Positions 27,601-41,000 of a stretch of 64,000 nt of DNA are shown here, in pieces (position 1 is the first letter of the stretch; every line of letters begins with the position of its first letter). The translations under genes were made by a program, and so were the position numbers. The notes beneath the pieces are model-generated. The model searched no databases. It saw only the letters and a program-made list of their open reading frames with translations, and was not told where the DNA came from. The stretch covers positions 62,001 to 126,000 of the forward strand of contig JAQGDQ010000289.1 of assembly GCA_030141605.1 (NCBI GenBank), written 5' to 3'. Source of the stretch: Tubiluchus corallicola (lineage: Eukaryota; Animalia; Priapulida).

Positions 27601-30243
27601 TGAAACTAGACATGCGAAACAGGCGCCTGTGCACTCACTGCACATTGTGCACGGTCGAGCATTTTGGTCGACCAAAAAGTAAGACTAGGCGTTTCATTTT
27701 AGTTCGACAGAAACTGGATTGGGCGACTATAAGAAAATGTGGTAAGGTCGACCAAATAATCTTTTGTGCAGAATAATTCAAATGAATATTACGCTTGCCT
27801 AGATAATATAGCATAACAGACACGATAGTAACGGGACATGATATTTATTGAATCAAGAATGCCCTTGAACTGCCCTTAGGCTTTGCAGATACACGATTGC
27901 AGTGATAACAACGACGACGATGATGATGGCGGGGGGGTGTTAGCGGCAGCTGTAGGTGTTAAGCTCAGTTTCAGCAGATCCACAGATCGGGTAACTCGTA
28001 TTAACGTAACAGTGGATTTAGATAAAATTAAACATGTCCGTCTACTGTGGAAATGATCTTTGACAGATTACGAGTCTTTTGGGTAAAAAAAATTCCGCCT
28101 GCATCAACACTCTTTCCAGGTGCCCCGACCCCAGGGCACTAGATTAATTTGACCGTATGATTCTGCGTTATGGTTTGACATCTGATGCTGGAAACTTTTC
28201 GCAAGTTCTGTTCTATCTAGATCTTCAAGAGTAAGTTGTACAAGCCACCCTGTGCCACATTTTGCAGACTGCATAGACAGTTTGTGTGAGCGTAAAGTTT
28301 AAACTGCTTCACTGTGAGTAAACTACTGTACCCATTGACATCACTGCTTTGAACGGTTCATGAAAACTGCGCAAACTTCCTTTTAATCAACGGTTCCATT
28401 ATCGGTGAAGTTGGCTGATTGATTTTCTGAAAATTTGCCTGAAGCTTTGCAAATGTTCACAAAATTTCTGCGTTGTCTGCTTCTTGGTGTTTGCACACGT
28501 CTTGCGAGGAAAGCTTTACTCCCTCTAGATTAGAAGAACATGTCTACATTTAAACACAAATCGGGTTTTTACATCGATTTATTGAATTGCTCATTTCGCA
28601 TATCATAAATTTCACCGCGTTTCAAGTTAGAACCAAAAATGAACGTTTATTCAATTTTAAACTTTTGAACTTGCGTTGTTGTTTCTCACTCCAACTTTTA
28701 CCATAATATTACGATAAACTAAGCCCAGTACTATATTTATTTTATTTATTTATTTTTTCTAATTGTTGGTGTTGCTGCTGTTGTTGCTGTCATCATCATC
28801 GTCGCTGTTATTTAATAGTTTTTTGTCAGTTAATCAGTAAATAGAGCTGGTGTTTAATGAATACGATTTTTCGTCTTTACAAAAAATTAAGATATCTAAG
28901 CCTTTAACGATTAAGGAAATGACACCCGCTGTGTGGTAAATATCAAAAAGAAGAGATAAAAAACTGACAAAATCATGAGACTGAACAAAAAATTTAAAGA
29001 TTTAATATCCGAATGTCACGGCTTGCAGAGACAACTTTAGACAAATACAGGCTAAAACGCACCAGAACTGTCTGAAGGCCGTCAAATGAATGAGGCAAAA
29101 ATTTTTTGGTACCATGCATTTCTGCTATTTAAATCGATTTAAAATTAGTTAACTAAACAGTTATAATTAGTTAACAAATTACTACAAATTTTTCGTTTTG
29201 AACCATGATGTCCTAGCTAATCGTCCTTCCAAATTTTAATTTGATTGTATCAAGGGGCATGAAATTTAAATGAAATGAAAATTAATTAAGCAGCTACAAT
29301 AGATTATTTGTTTTGTTTTGAATCAAAGACATCCTCGCTAATCATCATGCCAAATTTCAGTTCAATTGGACAATAGAAATATGCAATTGAAATCAATTTA
29401 AAATTAAATAATTAAACAACTCTAACTAATTAACTTGGTAACAAACGTTTTGAATCAAAGATGTTCTAGCTAATTGTTTTAAAATTAATTAAATAGCTTT
29501 AATTAATTAAGTGATTAGGGAATTGCTACAAATTTTCGCTTTTGAACCGTGGACATCCTAGCTAATCATCAAATTACAACTCAGTTGGATGATCTTGGAT
29601 CATGGGAACATGCAATTTAAATCATTTTAAAATCAATTAATTAATCAAACAGCTTCAATGAATCGACTATCTAACCTAATGCTACAATTTTTTTCTTTTG
29701 AACTAAGGCTGTTCTAACTAATCACCACTGCATAGTTTAATTAAATTGGAAAAATAGTATTGGAATTGCATCAATTTGAAATTAAACAACTCTAATTACT
29801 GAAGTGTGGCGAATTTTTTTGCCTTGAACCAAGGACTTCCTGTCTAATCACCACATGAAATATCAGCTCAGTTGGCTAAATGCTTTTGGACTTATTTTAA
29901 CTCATCTGGAGTTAAAAAGTTGAAAAAAAAGTGTGACGGACGGTGTAAATGTGTCATTAACAACATTTCTGTCTAACACTTGAGCTAACGCTCGGGAATT
30001 TAAATTAATTCTGGGTTAAGGACGTTTTATCTGGTACTGCCGCCATTTTATTTTCTGTAACCTTTTAATAGACGGGGCTCGTGGGAAATGATTCACTGAG
30101 GGTTTCTCAATGAGAGTAAGAGTTTCATGACTCATTTTTTTCAAAAACCTTTTATAGTATTTTGATTTTTAGCAATAAAAACGATAATAATAATAATACA
30201 TGTAACAATAATATTAATAATAATAATAACGGATGAAATAGTA

Positions 30244-30305
<62 letters not shown>

Positions 30306-30883
30306 TCTTTATTTGTCATTAAAAATGGCTCACTCATTACAATAAAATTGAGTAATCCTCAGCGTAATGTTACAAACAACACTGTTCAAGACATATGATG
30401 ACCAAAATGTTGGAAAATATGTTTATTTTATGATTACTTTTCAGTCAAACGGGTCTGTCACTTCCTAACACCAACTAGGTTTTTTTATGTCGGTCAGTCA
30501 ATATATTCTAGTAGGGATGCGCTATTGCACCTTAATTCTTCGTATGTTTTGTAGTTGGATCGCCATTGCTAAAATTCATTTATTTTTGGTGAACTTATCC
30601 GCTGTTATTAATTTCAGAACTGTGGTTAAGCCCGGGGTCGTTTTCATCTTCAATTTCATAACTTGTGTCTTGCACTGTTGGACAAAGCTATGTGTCAAAC
30701 CATCAACGCACTGAGTTAAAAAATTCGTGTACAATGACAATAAGCTAAGTTATGGGGTTTAATGTTCGAGTCCCACAATAGCTAATATTATTTTGCTAAA
30801 CCGATTATGTTCGTTTTTTTATCAGGCTTGTTAATCACATCAAAGGTGTTGACTTCAAGTACAAGGACAACTTGCAAAATTAG
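24697..30883 (+). CDS. Hemerythrin (myohemerythrin-type) 2, 122 aa, 4 exons, tandem paralog
   Basis: Exons 24697-24750 ([18 protein letters not shown]), 25033-25161 ([43 protein letters not shown]), 27034-27161 (IMMDKVKFPGLAPHKNAHTEFNKKLAAVKVPVTDDVINFAKDW), 30826-30883 (LVNHIKGVDFKYKDNLQN*). Same intron positions and phases as gene 1; all seven ligands present. Confidence 0.96.
25230..26070 (-). mobile_element. Decayed CR1-type LINE reverse-transcriptase fragment in hemerythrin 2 intron 2
   Basis: Minus strand FLIFINDVTDCVSPDTRIPQFVDDIKPYRPI..LQADL..IERWC, then RDLGVLISNNLKWNSHIEHIISQANRRIGMIKR..LYKAVVRPILEYACVVWSP; frameshifted. Confidence 0.88.
28984..30010 (+). mobile_element. Helentron-associated (HINE/DINE-1-like) element with about six degenerate internal tandem units, in hemerythrin 2 intron 3
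   Basis: Recurring unit ..ttttgaa(c/t)ca..ga(c/t)(a/g)t(c/t)ctagctaatc..ccaaattt at ~29195, 29317, 29448, 29540, 29696, 29824; then gtgtgacggacgg and a short hairpin gagc-taac-gctc near 29982-29993. Confidence 0.5.
30249..30302. repeat. (TA)n microsatellite
   Basis: Visible tandem repeat. Confidence 0.95.
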
Positions 30884-33800
30884 CCAAGACTCCGTGGAAA
30901 CTGTTCTGCCATGCTTCAACGGTGCCCTAGGAAGTAACAAATACTGTACAGCAAATATGCTTTAGCTTATTGTTTTGCATTATGGTAATAATTACTAGCG
31001 TTTACATGCGATTAAATAATAAGAATGGAGCTTGATAATTAATTAGAAAATTATTAAATTTACCTATATCATTTTAAAACCATTTGCTTTGCAATTTCAT
31101 TACCTACAGATATTTGAAATACAGTTCTGTGCTTGTATCGTTTTCATTTACTGAATTTAAGAAATAAATTCGAATTGGTTTCAATACTTGTATCATTTCT
31201 GTTTTAATTTTTCGAATTGTAGTTTCACAAAAGTTTCTGCAAATTGAAAACGTAAAAATCAGCAAAAATTCGAAGATCATAATTATTCTACAAATTTCCA
31301 GAAATTTTCATGAAACATATTGAATACCGATGACACATCTTGATGTATGCTTAACGACCGAAATTAAGCAATGCTGAAGTTGGCCAGTGAATGGTTCGTG
31401 ACCACCTGTGTTCATTATTTTGGGTAGTTTAATTCATCATACTGATCCTTGTTGTTTATCTCAAATGGAGCTTCTATACCATCCGAAGGCCACCATCACA
31501 CACATTAGGCAAGTTTTTGGCTTGTAATATGCCAAATTGTACATTATAATCTAAAAAAGAGCTGCTATATCTGATGGCATTCAGAATCAGGACCCTTCTT
31601 CACTCATATAGTACAAGCAAAGTATTTACAAGAGAAACAGAACTACTGAAATGTACATGAAATTTATTAGTGTCAGTGTATTTATTGTAAACACTGAAAT
31701 AAACCTGTACATGTGCAAAATAATCAAAATACTTGAACAATGTGTCTTGAAGTTATGAAGTTACTGAACTGAATTTAGAAATCAGTTTTAACGTGGCGTT
31801 ATTCTGGTTTCTCATAAGCTGCAAATAACGATCATTTGTGGATGGCCTGCGAAATGTTATCACTAGTTAAATAAATATAAACTAGGGAAATTTACAAAAA
31901 GGAAAGATAATCATAAATTGCCTTTAAATTAGTATTACACTACATTAGTTAAAAAGTGTGGTACAAATCACCTTTCAAAGAATATTTCAGGCGGCTCAAA
32001 AAATGTACCTTATAACACCGAAAACAACGGAATGGCTTGAAAATTACAGCACTGATCTTACAAAAGTTTTAAATAAACAAATCAAACGCAGCAAGTGTTC
32101 AATGTGTCCACCAATTTTACCGCAAACCAGACAAACGCATTTTCTTCCACCAGCTAAGACAAGTTCTCACTTCTTTAAAAGGTATTCGGTCCCAGCACTC
32201 GACAATTTTTGTTACTTTACATCAAATGGCTCTGTACAGTGATTGTACACTTTTTCTTTAAGGAAATTCCCGATGTGGTAATCAGGAATTCAGATGATTA
32301 AATCCCATTCTTTCTTGGCAACCAATCTTTGTCAGCTAGTGCCTTATTTTCTATAGAGAAGACGGTGATGTAAACTGGTTGATTTCTTTGTTGTTTTGCT
32401 GCCATGTATTGTGCGCTTTGTATGTCAGCGTGGCTGTTTATTGGTTGATGTATGTAGCTGACATTGTGGCATTTAATTTTTTAGCCATGTCTTAAATTAT
32501 AAACTTGCAACTTTCGCAGCTAAAACCTAAAGTGATTGTACTGTAATATCATACTGAAATTTCAACTATGTAGGCCACTTCCTTCTAACATTAACGTAGT
32601 CTAAACTTTGGCACATTTTTTCTGCGCGACCCAAAAATCAATAAGAAATCATCTATTACAAAAAACAAGTTCTAAATTACTAGTGTAAAAATACAAGGTA
32701 GTGCAATAAAAAATTAACTTGGTACTGGTGCCCAGCGATTTGGATAATGCCCAGACTTTTGGTCAAGAATGTGCAGGCAAGTCACCGAGTCCAATGGATT
32801 TGGTCCCGTGTTGCTTTGAAGTCGCAGTTTGTGCACTGGACACACGGAAATGATGATATGGAAAGTTCACACTACCCAGGTGATGTTAAATGTAGAAAAA
32901 GTGAACACCAGACACTTTGAATGTTCATCAAATACAATATGCAACATAGAGCGCGAAAGCTCAGGAGCATAATATGAAAAAATAGTATTTTTCAAATACC
33001 TTAAAACCGTTGCATGCCAAATTACACAGTGTACCATGTGTCCAAAACTCTAGACCTTTTTTGGATATTAAAAAACAATTGTAAGATATTTATTTACAAA
33101 ATAGTATAAGGCATACAGTTAGCTCGACATTTACATCGTTTGAAAGAACAGCTACATGTTTCTATGGGGGAGAAAACGTAACAAAGTTATTACAGTAAGC
33201 TCTGCACAACTTAAATCCAACAGGACTGAAATAGGAGATGTTGACTATTTTCCAGCATAGAAAGTCTAAACTTCTCTAGACAGCGAGCTAAATAGAAGTG
33301 AGAAAGTCAACCTTTCTATACATAAGTGACAAGATTTGATGACAATTACATAAAGAATAGCAAATTATCTAGTGAAACACGAAAATTTGAGTTATCTGTA
33401 TTGCTAACTATGTCAATGATCACTGTATTTTCAATAAACAAAATTTAATAGAAGTTTTCAGTTTTATCATTTGGCCTAGGATATGACATGCGACTGAGTG
33501 ATAAACATAATAATATCAACATTTATCAAAATCAATGAATGTCGAAATTACCATATTATAACAAAGTGCTTAATCAAGGGATTAATTATAAACTATCTAG
33601 TAGAATTACTACAGCACATCACAACAGCTGCTAATTTACAAGTTACTGATATGACAACATTAAAAAGTGGTTGACTTTGATAATAAATGAAGGCTGTTCA
33701 GATCATAATTCAATGAAAAACAATTTCTAATTTTCTTCAACGTTTTGACCATTTAGAAGTTAAACGTGCACTTTAGCAGTTAAAATGCAGGCGAGAAGTG

Positions 33801-35089
33801 TCTGCGGCATGGCTACATATGCAGATATACATTTTACAATATTAAACTATCATTATTACCCTTGGTAAACCAAACAACAAGCACAGCACAAAGTAAAAAT
33901 GTCAATTTTTCTGTAGGTCACTATGACAAAATTTGTTCTCAAGCTCTACATCATGAATGGATCACCAGTCACCACCATTAAACTGACCTAGCAGGTTTTT
34001 TTTTCATAAAAATTAACCAGTCAAGCTGTAAACAGCATTAATTTCTATAATGTGATACAGAGAGATTGTAGTTTTAATGATAAAAGTATGATAACTCATA
34101 ATAAATTATAATAATGATTTTGAAATAATGATATGTTTGAGCAAATTAAGTGACTAGACTGTAAAAACACAATGTGTAAAACTGAATATGGAATAGCAAT
34201 CTTCATTACAACCCTGGTTATCAGAATACTGTGAACTAGTATTTTGATTATAACATAATGTGTATATACATATATATCCATATATATGTATGTATATTAT
34301 ATATATAGTATATAAATATGTATAATGCACCTTCTGTAGTCGCTCAACGTTGGCACTTCCTATAATAGCCATATAAACCTGTTCATCTAATAATCTAGCA
34401 CAATATGAATAATTATACAGTAATAATTTTTATTGGCATAGAGTTCTCTAGTTTCCGAAGGGTGGTCACCATTTACTAAGTAATCAGTATAACAGGTAAA
34501 GAATTTCGTATTCTTGATATTCTGATGATAATGATGTAATTGTATTGTGGCACACCTCTACAGTGTATTGAAATCAACTCGAACAATCTACGGTCTACAT
34601 TTGGCACAAATCTTTCGTGCATGCAAAGATCAACTGTCCAGACACGCTATACATGTTCACGCTATATGGTGAGAATGAAATGATGCAGGCAAGCCACATA
34701 AGCAAACATAACATACTTTCCTCTGTCTTTTGTGATGGTGATGGTACACCATCGTGATGGTATTAGTACTTAACAGCAGGATCATTGCATCAACCACATC
34801 TATTGCCCTTCCTATTTGTTAGACAGATGCTGAGGGTGCAATGAGACATCACCATGCAGCTCTGATTATTGCAATACACCAAGCGTTTACATCAGAACGA
34901 TTTCAGTACTCGACATATTCTTCCTCAGAACCTCGAGATATGTATCTGTAACTATTTTTATCATAAATCAAGGACTATCTAGCTAATATGCTCGTTGTTT
35001 TGCATTCGGCATTTTTGTTTCTCGTTGTGCGACGAGGTGGGTTTGCCCAGTAGCTGCTGCAAATACAGGAAGAACCTTTTAAGGATTCA

Positions 35090-38000
35090 TCAAGCCATCC
35101 CAAAACCCTCGCTGCCTTCATTGATGGCCAGGAGAACAGATTTTTGAAAATCTTCAAAGCTGGTGTAGTCCGGCAAGCACAACTGGTTAAAACTGAAAAA
35201 TTAGATCACACACAATCATGAATAATTGTCTGGTAATAATTAGAATATCCTGTCAACAGATGTCAGCACAATAATTAGGGACAGATTCATATCTAGTTTT
35301 TTTATATGAGTATTTTTAGCATTGCATTTTCAACTAATAATCGTCATTTGAAAGAACAGCAGTAGTGGCAGTAGCAACGTAACATGCTAATAACTATTAT
35401 TACTTTACTTTACTATGTATAATCTTACCAGGTATGTGCTGTAGGCAAAGTGCCAAATGTTGGTGCAGGACAGATCTGAAACTTAGGATTAAGTTCAGCA
35501 AATCCACCAGGGGGTAGCTGAGAGCAGCCAGTGGTGAATTGTAATAATCGAGCCATTTCTTCCTCTGTGAAGCTAGCTACAATTGTCCAAAACCATTCAA
35601 CCACCTGGAAAAAGGAAAATTAAATAACTATTTTGGCAAAATGTTAGTACCAGTATTTGATTTTCTCATTTGCAGCTAACAGTTTCATGCACTAACATCA
35701 CTACAAATTTAAATCAATAAAGTAACTAGCAAAATTGGAAACTATGACAAACATAATAGTTCAATGAAACCTGCTGGTTTTGTTCGACTTCAATCCAACT
35801 GTGGCATTAGAAACAAATTATTCTATGTTCACTAAGCTCATCACCACATAGTACAACTACTTACAGCACACAAAAGTTTGTAGAATGCTCAGAGAGATGA
35901 AATGTAATGAAATGCACCAACCTTGCCAAATTCGTACAAGGAGCCATTTACTACATGGTGCTGCTTGAACTCAGATATGCTGAAGTTGCAAGTACCACAC
36001 ATCAAAAGCTAGATAGCAAATAAAAGCATTCACTAGAACAGTAAAGTAATACTTATTTTAAGCTCCTTAAAACACAGTAGGCGCTGCTTAATAGCCTCAC
36101 GGTTAATAATCTCAGTCGCTTAATTGACTCAAAAACGCCTGGTATGGCTTTCTTCTATTCAAATGTACATAAAAACTGTTGGTAATTGACTCAAATAACT
36201 CCGTATAATTGACTCAATATTTTTCCTTCTCATACTTAAAATAACACATTTGTATGTGCCCCAAGAGCCTTTCCTACTTTTATGTCATCTTTACTTCTCT
36301 TTTGTGCACTGTAATATATACAATCATGTTAAGTACCGTTTTGTTTGTAAGCAGATAGGTTTATCATGCGCTAATGCACTAACGTAGCAGTTTTGCTTTC
36401 ACCCCTTCGTCCACCGGAATTAACCTTGTTACACAAGAATTTCTGGAAGCTAGACATTTAATCACTTGTCTAGTGGTTTCCTTTTGAAGCTCTCATTGCA
36501 AATCACGCTTTCACGCTATCAGTTAACGTCAAAGATGCAGGTAGAGCAATGAGCCTGCATTCCTTGTGACTTACAAGAGTAAACATCATACAGCAAATAA
36601 GAGCACAGAGTTAAGAAGTTTGAAAAATGAAGTGTAAAGATCTGACAGTTAAGGAAAAACTGAAAATTTTAGAGCAGTTGAAAATTTAGCACTCTTGGCA
36701 GAATTTTGAAAGAACGATCTCAAATAGAGCAGTCAACAAGACAAAATGAGAATTTAGCATCTAAGAGGCAGAGCACAGGATAAGACTGTGAAGTTCAGTC
36801 AGCGTTAAAACTGGTTTACAAACGTAAGAGATTAACGCTAATTCGCTTATATACATTAATATTTTAAAATATTCTTAAAATAATTTTTAAGTGTCCCAAA
36901 GTGAGTCTATTACGCGACACCTACTGTAGTAAACAATTTTAATGTTTACGTTATTTTTTACTAATAGGGATAATAGGACTAATAGATGACAATTGTATTC
37001 AATTTCCTTCACCGTCGCAATGAATACCATTAAAACCAAATTTGAATTATTATTAATTAACTGCTTGTCACACCTCTAGCTCATTTTCATCAAATATGCT
37101 CAAGAGATTGTCTGGAATGATATCATTGAGACCCTTAAGGAAATGTTCAACTTCCTGCTGTACGTCAGAAGCCAAGCGGTGCTGAGCAAGGGCATCAAGG
37201 TAATGCAACTTGTTTTGATTGGTTACTCGTATTCTGCTGCCACCTGGTATCAGTTCGATGACCTAAATAATACAAATACTAGAAATCATAAACAAAAACA
37301 AATGTCAACCTTGTTATTATCAAAATTAAGATTGCATAATGTTAAACCTTATTTTACCTATAGTTTCCATTTATTATTTGTGTGCCTGCACAGCAAAATA
37401 CCCGAATCTCCATTTCGTAAGGATCACTTTAATACCAAGCTCATCACTCTATGTTATTTCTAGCCTGAGATAATCCAAAATGAAGTTGAAGTGCGCATTA
37501 CGCACTAAAAAACATAATATTGAGAAAATCGCCATTGTTTTTTTGCTAAGTTCCTACAAAACACTTAGCAACCGTACAAATGTTGGTTGCTAAAGACTTT
37601 GCAAATACACATTAAAAATATGTTTAAATCCAGTAGTTGGGCTTGGAAGCAGAAAAAAAACAAGCAAAATGACTGCTTCTACGAGCTGCTATTGAAGTTT
37701 GAAATTACAATTTTTATACAATTGCAGTACTAGTTTTTAGCCAGAGAAATTGGCAAGGGTTTACAAAATTAAATTTTTAGTATTTTTAAAACATTTTCTT
37801 AATAATTTCATGCTAGAGTGCAAAAATCCAATGTATTTAGCATTTGTTTTTATTAAAAACAAAAAATTTATATTAGACCAAATTTTTGTGTTTTTTACTT
37901 TCAAACATCATATCGTAGATTTAACTATGCCGAGTTATGGATGGTTTTGGTTTGCAAGCATACATTTGCTCTAAATGAATCCTTGTTTTTATATAGCAAG

Positions 38001-41000
38001 TGATCATCATCGTCATGATCATCATCAATATAACTATCTATTATCCCTATTATTGTTTTGTCTAGACAGTTTTGGAAATGTGCACACTTTGCAAAATTTT
38101 AACCAAGCACATTTCAGATAGCTTAATGCATGAAAGATAATTTTGAACTAAATTATGCACAACTCTGGGGTTTATCCAAATATTAATAATTGCAATAGCT
38201 TAACAACTTGAACAGGCAAATGTAGAACAGTCTTGCAATGTAATATCAGGAAAGAAAAATCTACTTTTTCCAACTTTCCTCCATCTGTATACTGTTCCTC
38301 TGAGAAGTATAATTCTAGGCATTCTACATCATTTTCTTCTATATATTTCACTTTTGTGATATAGTACTCTGGATCATCCTGTTCAAAATACTGAAAAATA
38401 AAACAATTTAGTACATTACATACGAACTTTGTTGACAATAGTTACTTTAACGAGTCATGTAATGCCACAGGTGTAAAATGGCTATCTTAAATGTCTCAGA
38501 TAACAGTGTAAGAAGTACCTGCTATGTGTCATGAACCTTTTACCTTCATCCAATTTATCAGCATCTATTTTTACTGTTATGACATTTACTTCTAATATCT
38601 CTTTCATTCTTTTAGTCATAAAAAATCAGAAATTTTGGAACGTATTTTAGCTGTCGTATTTAGGCCTATTACAAAAGTTCATTAAGCAAAGAAAGTACTC
38701 TTAGTTTGGCAGCATTCTTTACAGCATACCTACATAGTAATTTGTAAACTTAAGCATTTCGAACTTAAATTTGTTGGTGATTTAAATTAACGAATGCAAA
38801 CTTTAACTCTTCAGATTTCAGAACACTCGATTGTGTCGCATTTTGCTAAAACCTTGTTCCAGTTCATTTTAGTACTTTGCTTGGATGGTTGCTACGTACA
38901 TTACTTTTCAAAGGTCAGTATTTTAAAAACTCAAAGTAAAATACTTTTAAAGCAACTACTATATAAAAATACTCAAATTTGCACCTTATAATGAACTCGC
39001 AGCCCTATTAACTGCGCCAAGAATGACCGAGTGAATCGAGCTTTGACCAGCTGCCGGGAGCTACTACCTAGCGATGATTCATACAAGCACTTGCCTGTAA
39101 CTTTACCTGCAAACTCATACAACTTTAGCTTTAGGTTTGCTGGTCTTTTTGAGTTCGGATGAACCTAAAAAGTACACGTTGCACTTTAGTAAAAATATTA
39201 ATGTAAGCAGTTTTATAATAACAGCTAATGCAAATAAAAATGTTGGCTTTTTACTAACTGCGTTCAATTTAACCTCAGCAATTACTTTGTGTAAAAAATG
39301 CATCATGAAAAATACAATATATGTACTTTCCTTGAAGGATAATAACATAAGACAATTTTTTTACTAAAATATTTAAAACCATAATTTATAAACTGCTTAC
39401 TAAGATTTAATACTGAGCCTAAAAGACCAGACTTTTTCATATTTAATAGCAGGTTTACTTTCCCAATAACTATAATATGCATTTAATCAAGCATCTTTAC
39501 ATACTTTCATGTTGCCATATGAAAATACCAAAACGCAGATAAGAAGGCATATTAGCATCATTACCAAGCCCTGGGCATCTTTCTTGAACCGACAGAAAAG
39601 CTGTGTAGCTGGATCAAATAACTGGGAACAGATCAACTCAAACCATTCTCGTCTTAATCCTCCCCAGTCAAGACCTTAATGACAAAAAACAGAAAAATTT
39701 GTTGTTACTATTAAAGTTAATGGTTTAGAATGTATAATTAAAATCAAAATGTAAACCAGCTTTGAAGTAATTTCAACATTAACATTTTTAGAACCCATGT
39801 GCTTTTTAGTAAGACACTTTTGATCTGCCAATTTTGCATAATATGGATCTACTTAAAACTCTTGAAAATCAAGCTCTAAAGTGTGGCAATGGGTTCATTC
39901 TTAATAGCACGTGACAAATTGCAGTAGCCAGAGAAACAAAGTGTGCACATAGGTAATCTTACAATTGTCTGCTTTATTCATTTATACAAAATTAGAGACA
40001 TTGTTTACCCAGTGGACACGTAGGTTTTTTGGCACATTTTTAACATTTTGTACTAGCTATTCAACAAGAAGTTTCTTTGCAGTTAAATGCCACACGTTAC
40101 CCAACTGCTCTACACACTACAAATGAACAATACTCAATGCTTTAGCAGTCTGAGCTGTTAAACCAAAATGAGATTATTTGTGCTGATTCCAAGTGACAAG
40201 CAGTGTGCACATGGGCACCGGCAGACAGATGCACTGACGCATGTGCGTCCTCAGAATTTCTTAAGAAAAATTTTTTTAGAGCCAAATAATAATTTTTAGC
40301 AGTAAACCAAGAAAAACACCAACCCCTTGTTTGTTTGCACAATTTCCGAGCAGTCAGCTGATTTACATGGTTAAGTTATGTTTATATATATCACTAACAT
40401 GGTGTCGATTCTCTTATCGATTTCCGTAGTCTAGACAGTTTTTAGCTAACTGTAACTGCACTTCTGCATTTAGGGGGTGGGCCCAAGGGGCTTGGACCCT
40501 CTTTCAATGTAGTAGCGAAATTATGAGTCAGGAGTTTGAGGTGAATTTGCATGAGGATATAGCTTCTAGCAACTGCAAAATGGTCTATAATGCAGTAAAA
40601 TTGCATTTAGCTGTATCCGGTGGGAAAAATTAGCATGCACGCAAACAAATTAAATATTGTAAAAACAGTGGGTATCCTGTAAACTTAACAGTCTCAAATC
40701 AGTTTTATGTTTGACTATCCACATTTTACTGGATAGATAATCTTGACACTAAATAAATTTGGCTTTAGTAATGGGTCATCTGCATTGCAGTGTATCACGA
40801 ACTTGCTTTTAAGATATATGGCTACTACAATAGAATACAATGACTATTACATTACGTAACTGTAAGTAAAATGTATTTATTACAGCAGAATTTTCACGTT
40901 TGAGGAAGTCTATGTACCAGAATTTAGATCTCATTTGAGACCTCTAAAATGTGCTTAAATACAGGAAAATGCGTTGGTGGCCGGGACCCCCTAGCTGCTT

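Noticed and set aside
29176-29900. Spaced repeats superficially like a CRISPR array
   Set aside because: Eukaryotic intron; units are long, degenerate and similar along their length; no cas genes.
30760-30780. gttcgagtccc tRNA B-box
   Set aside because: No cloverleaf or matching A box; at most a SINE relic.
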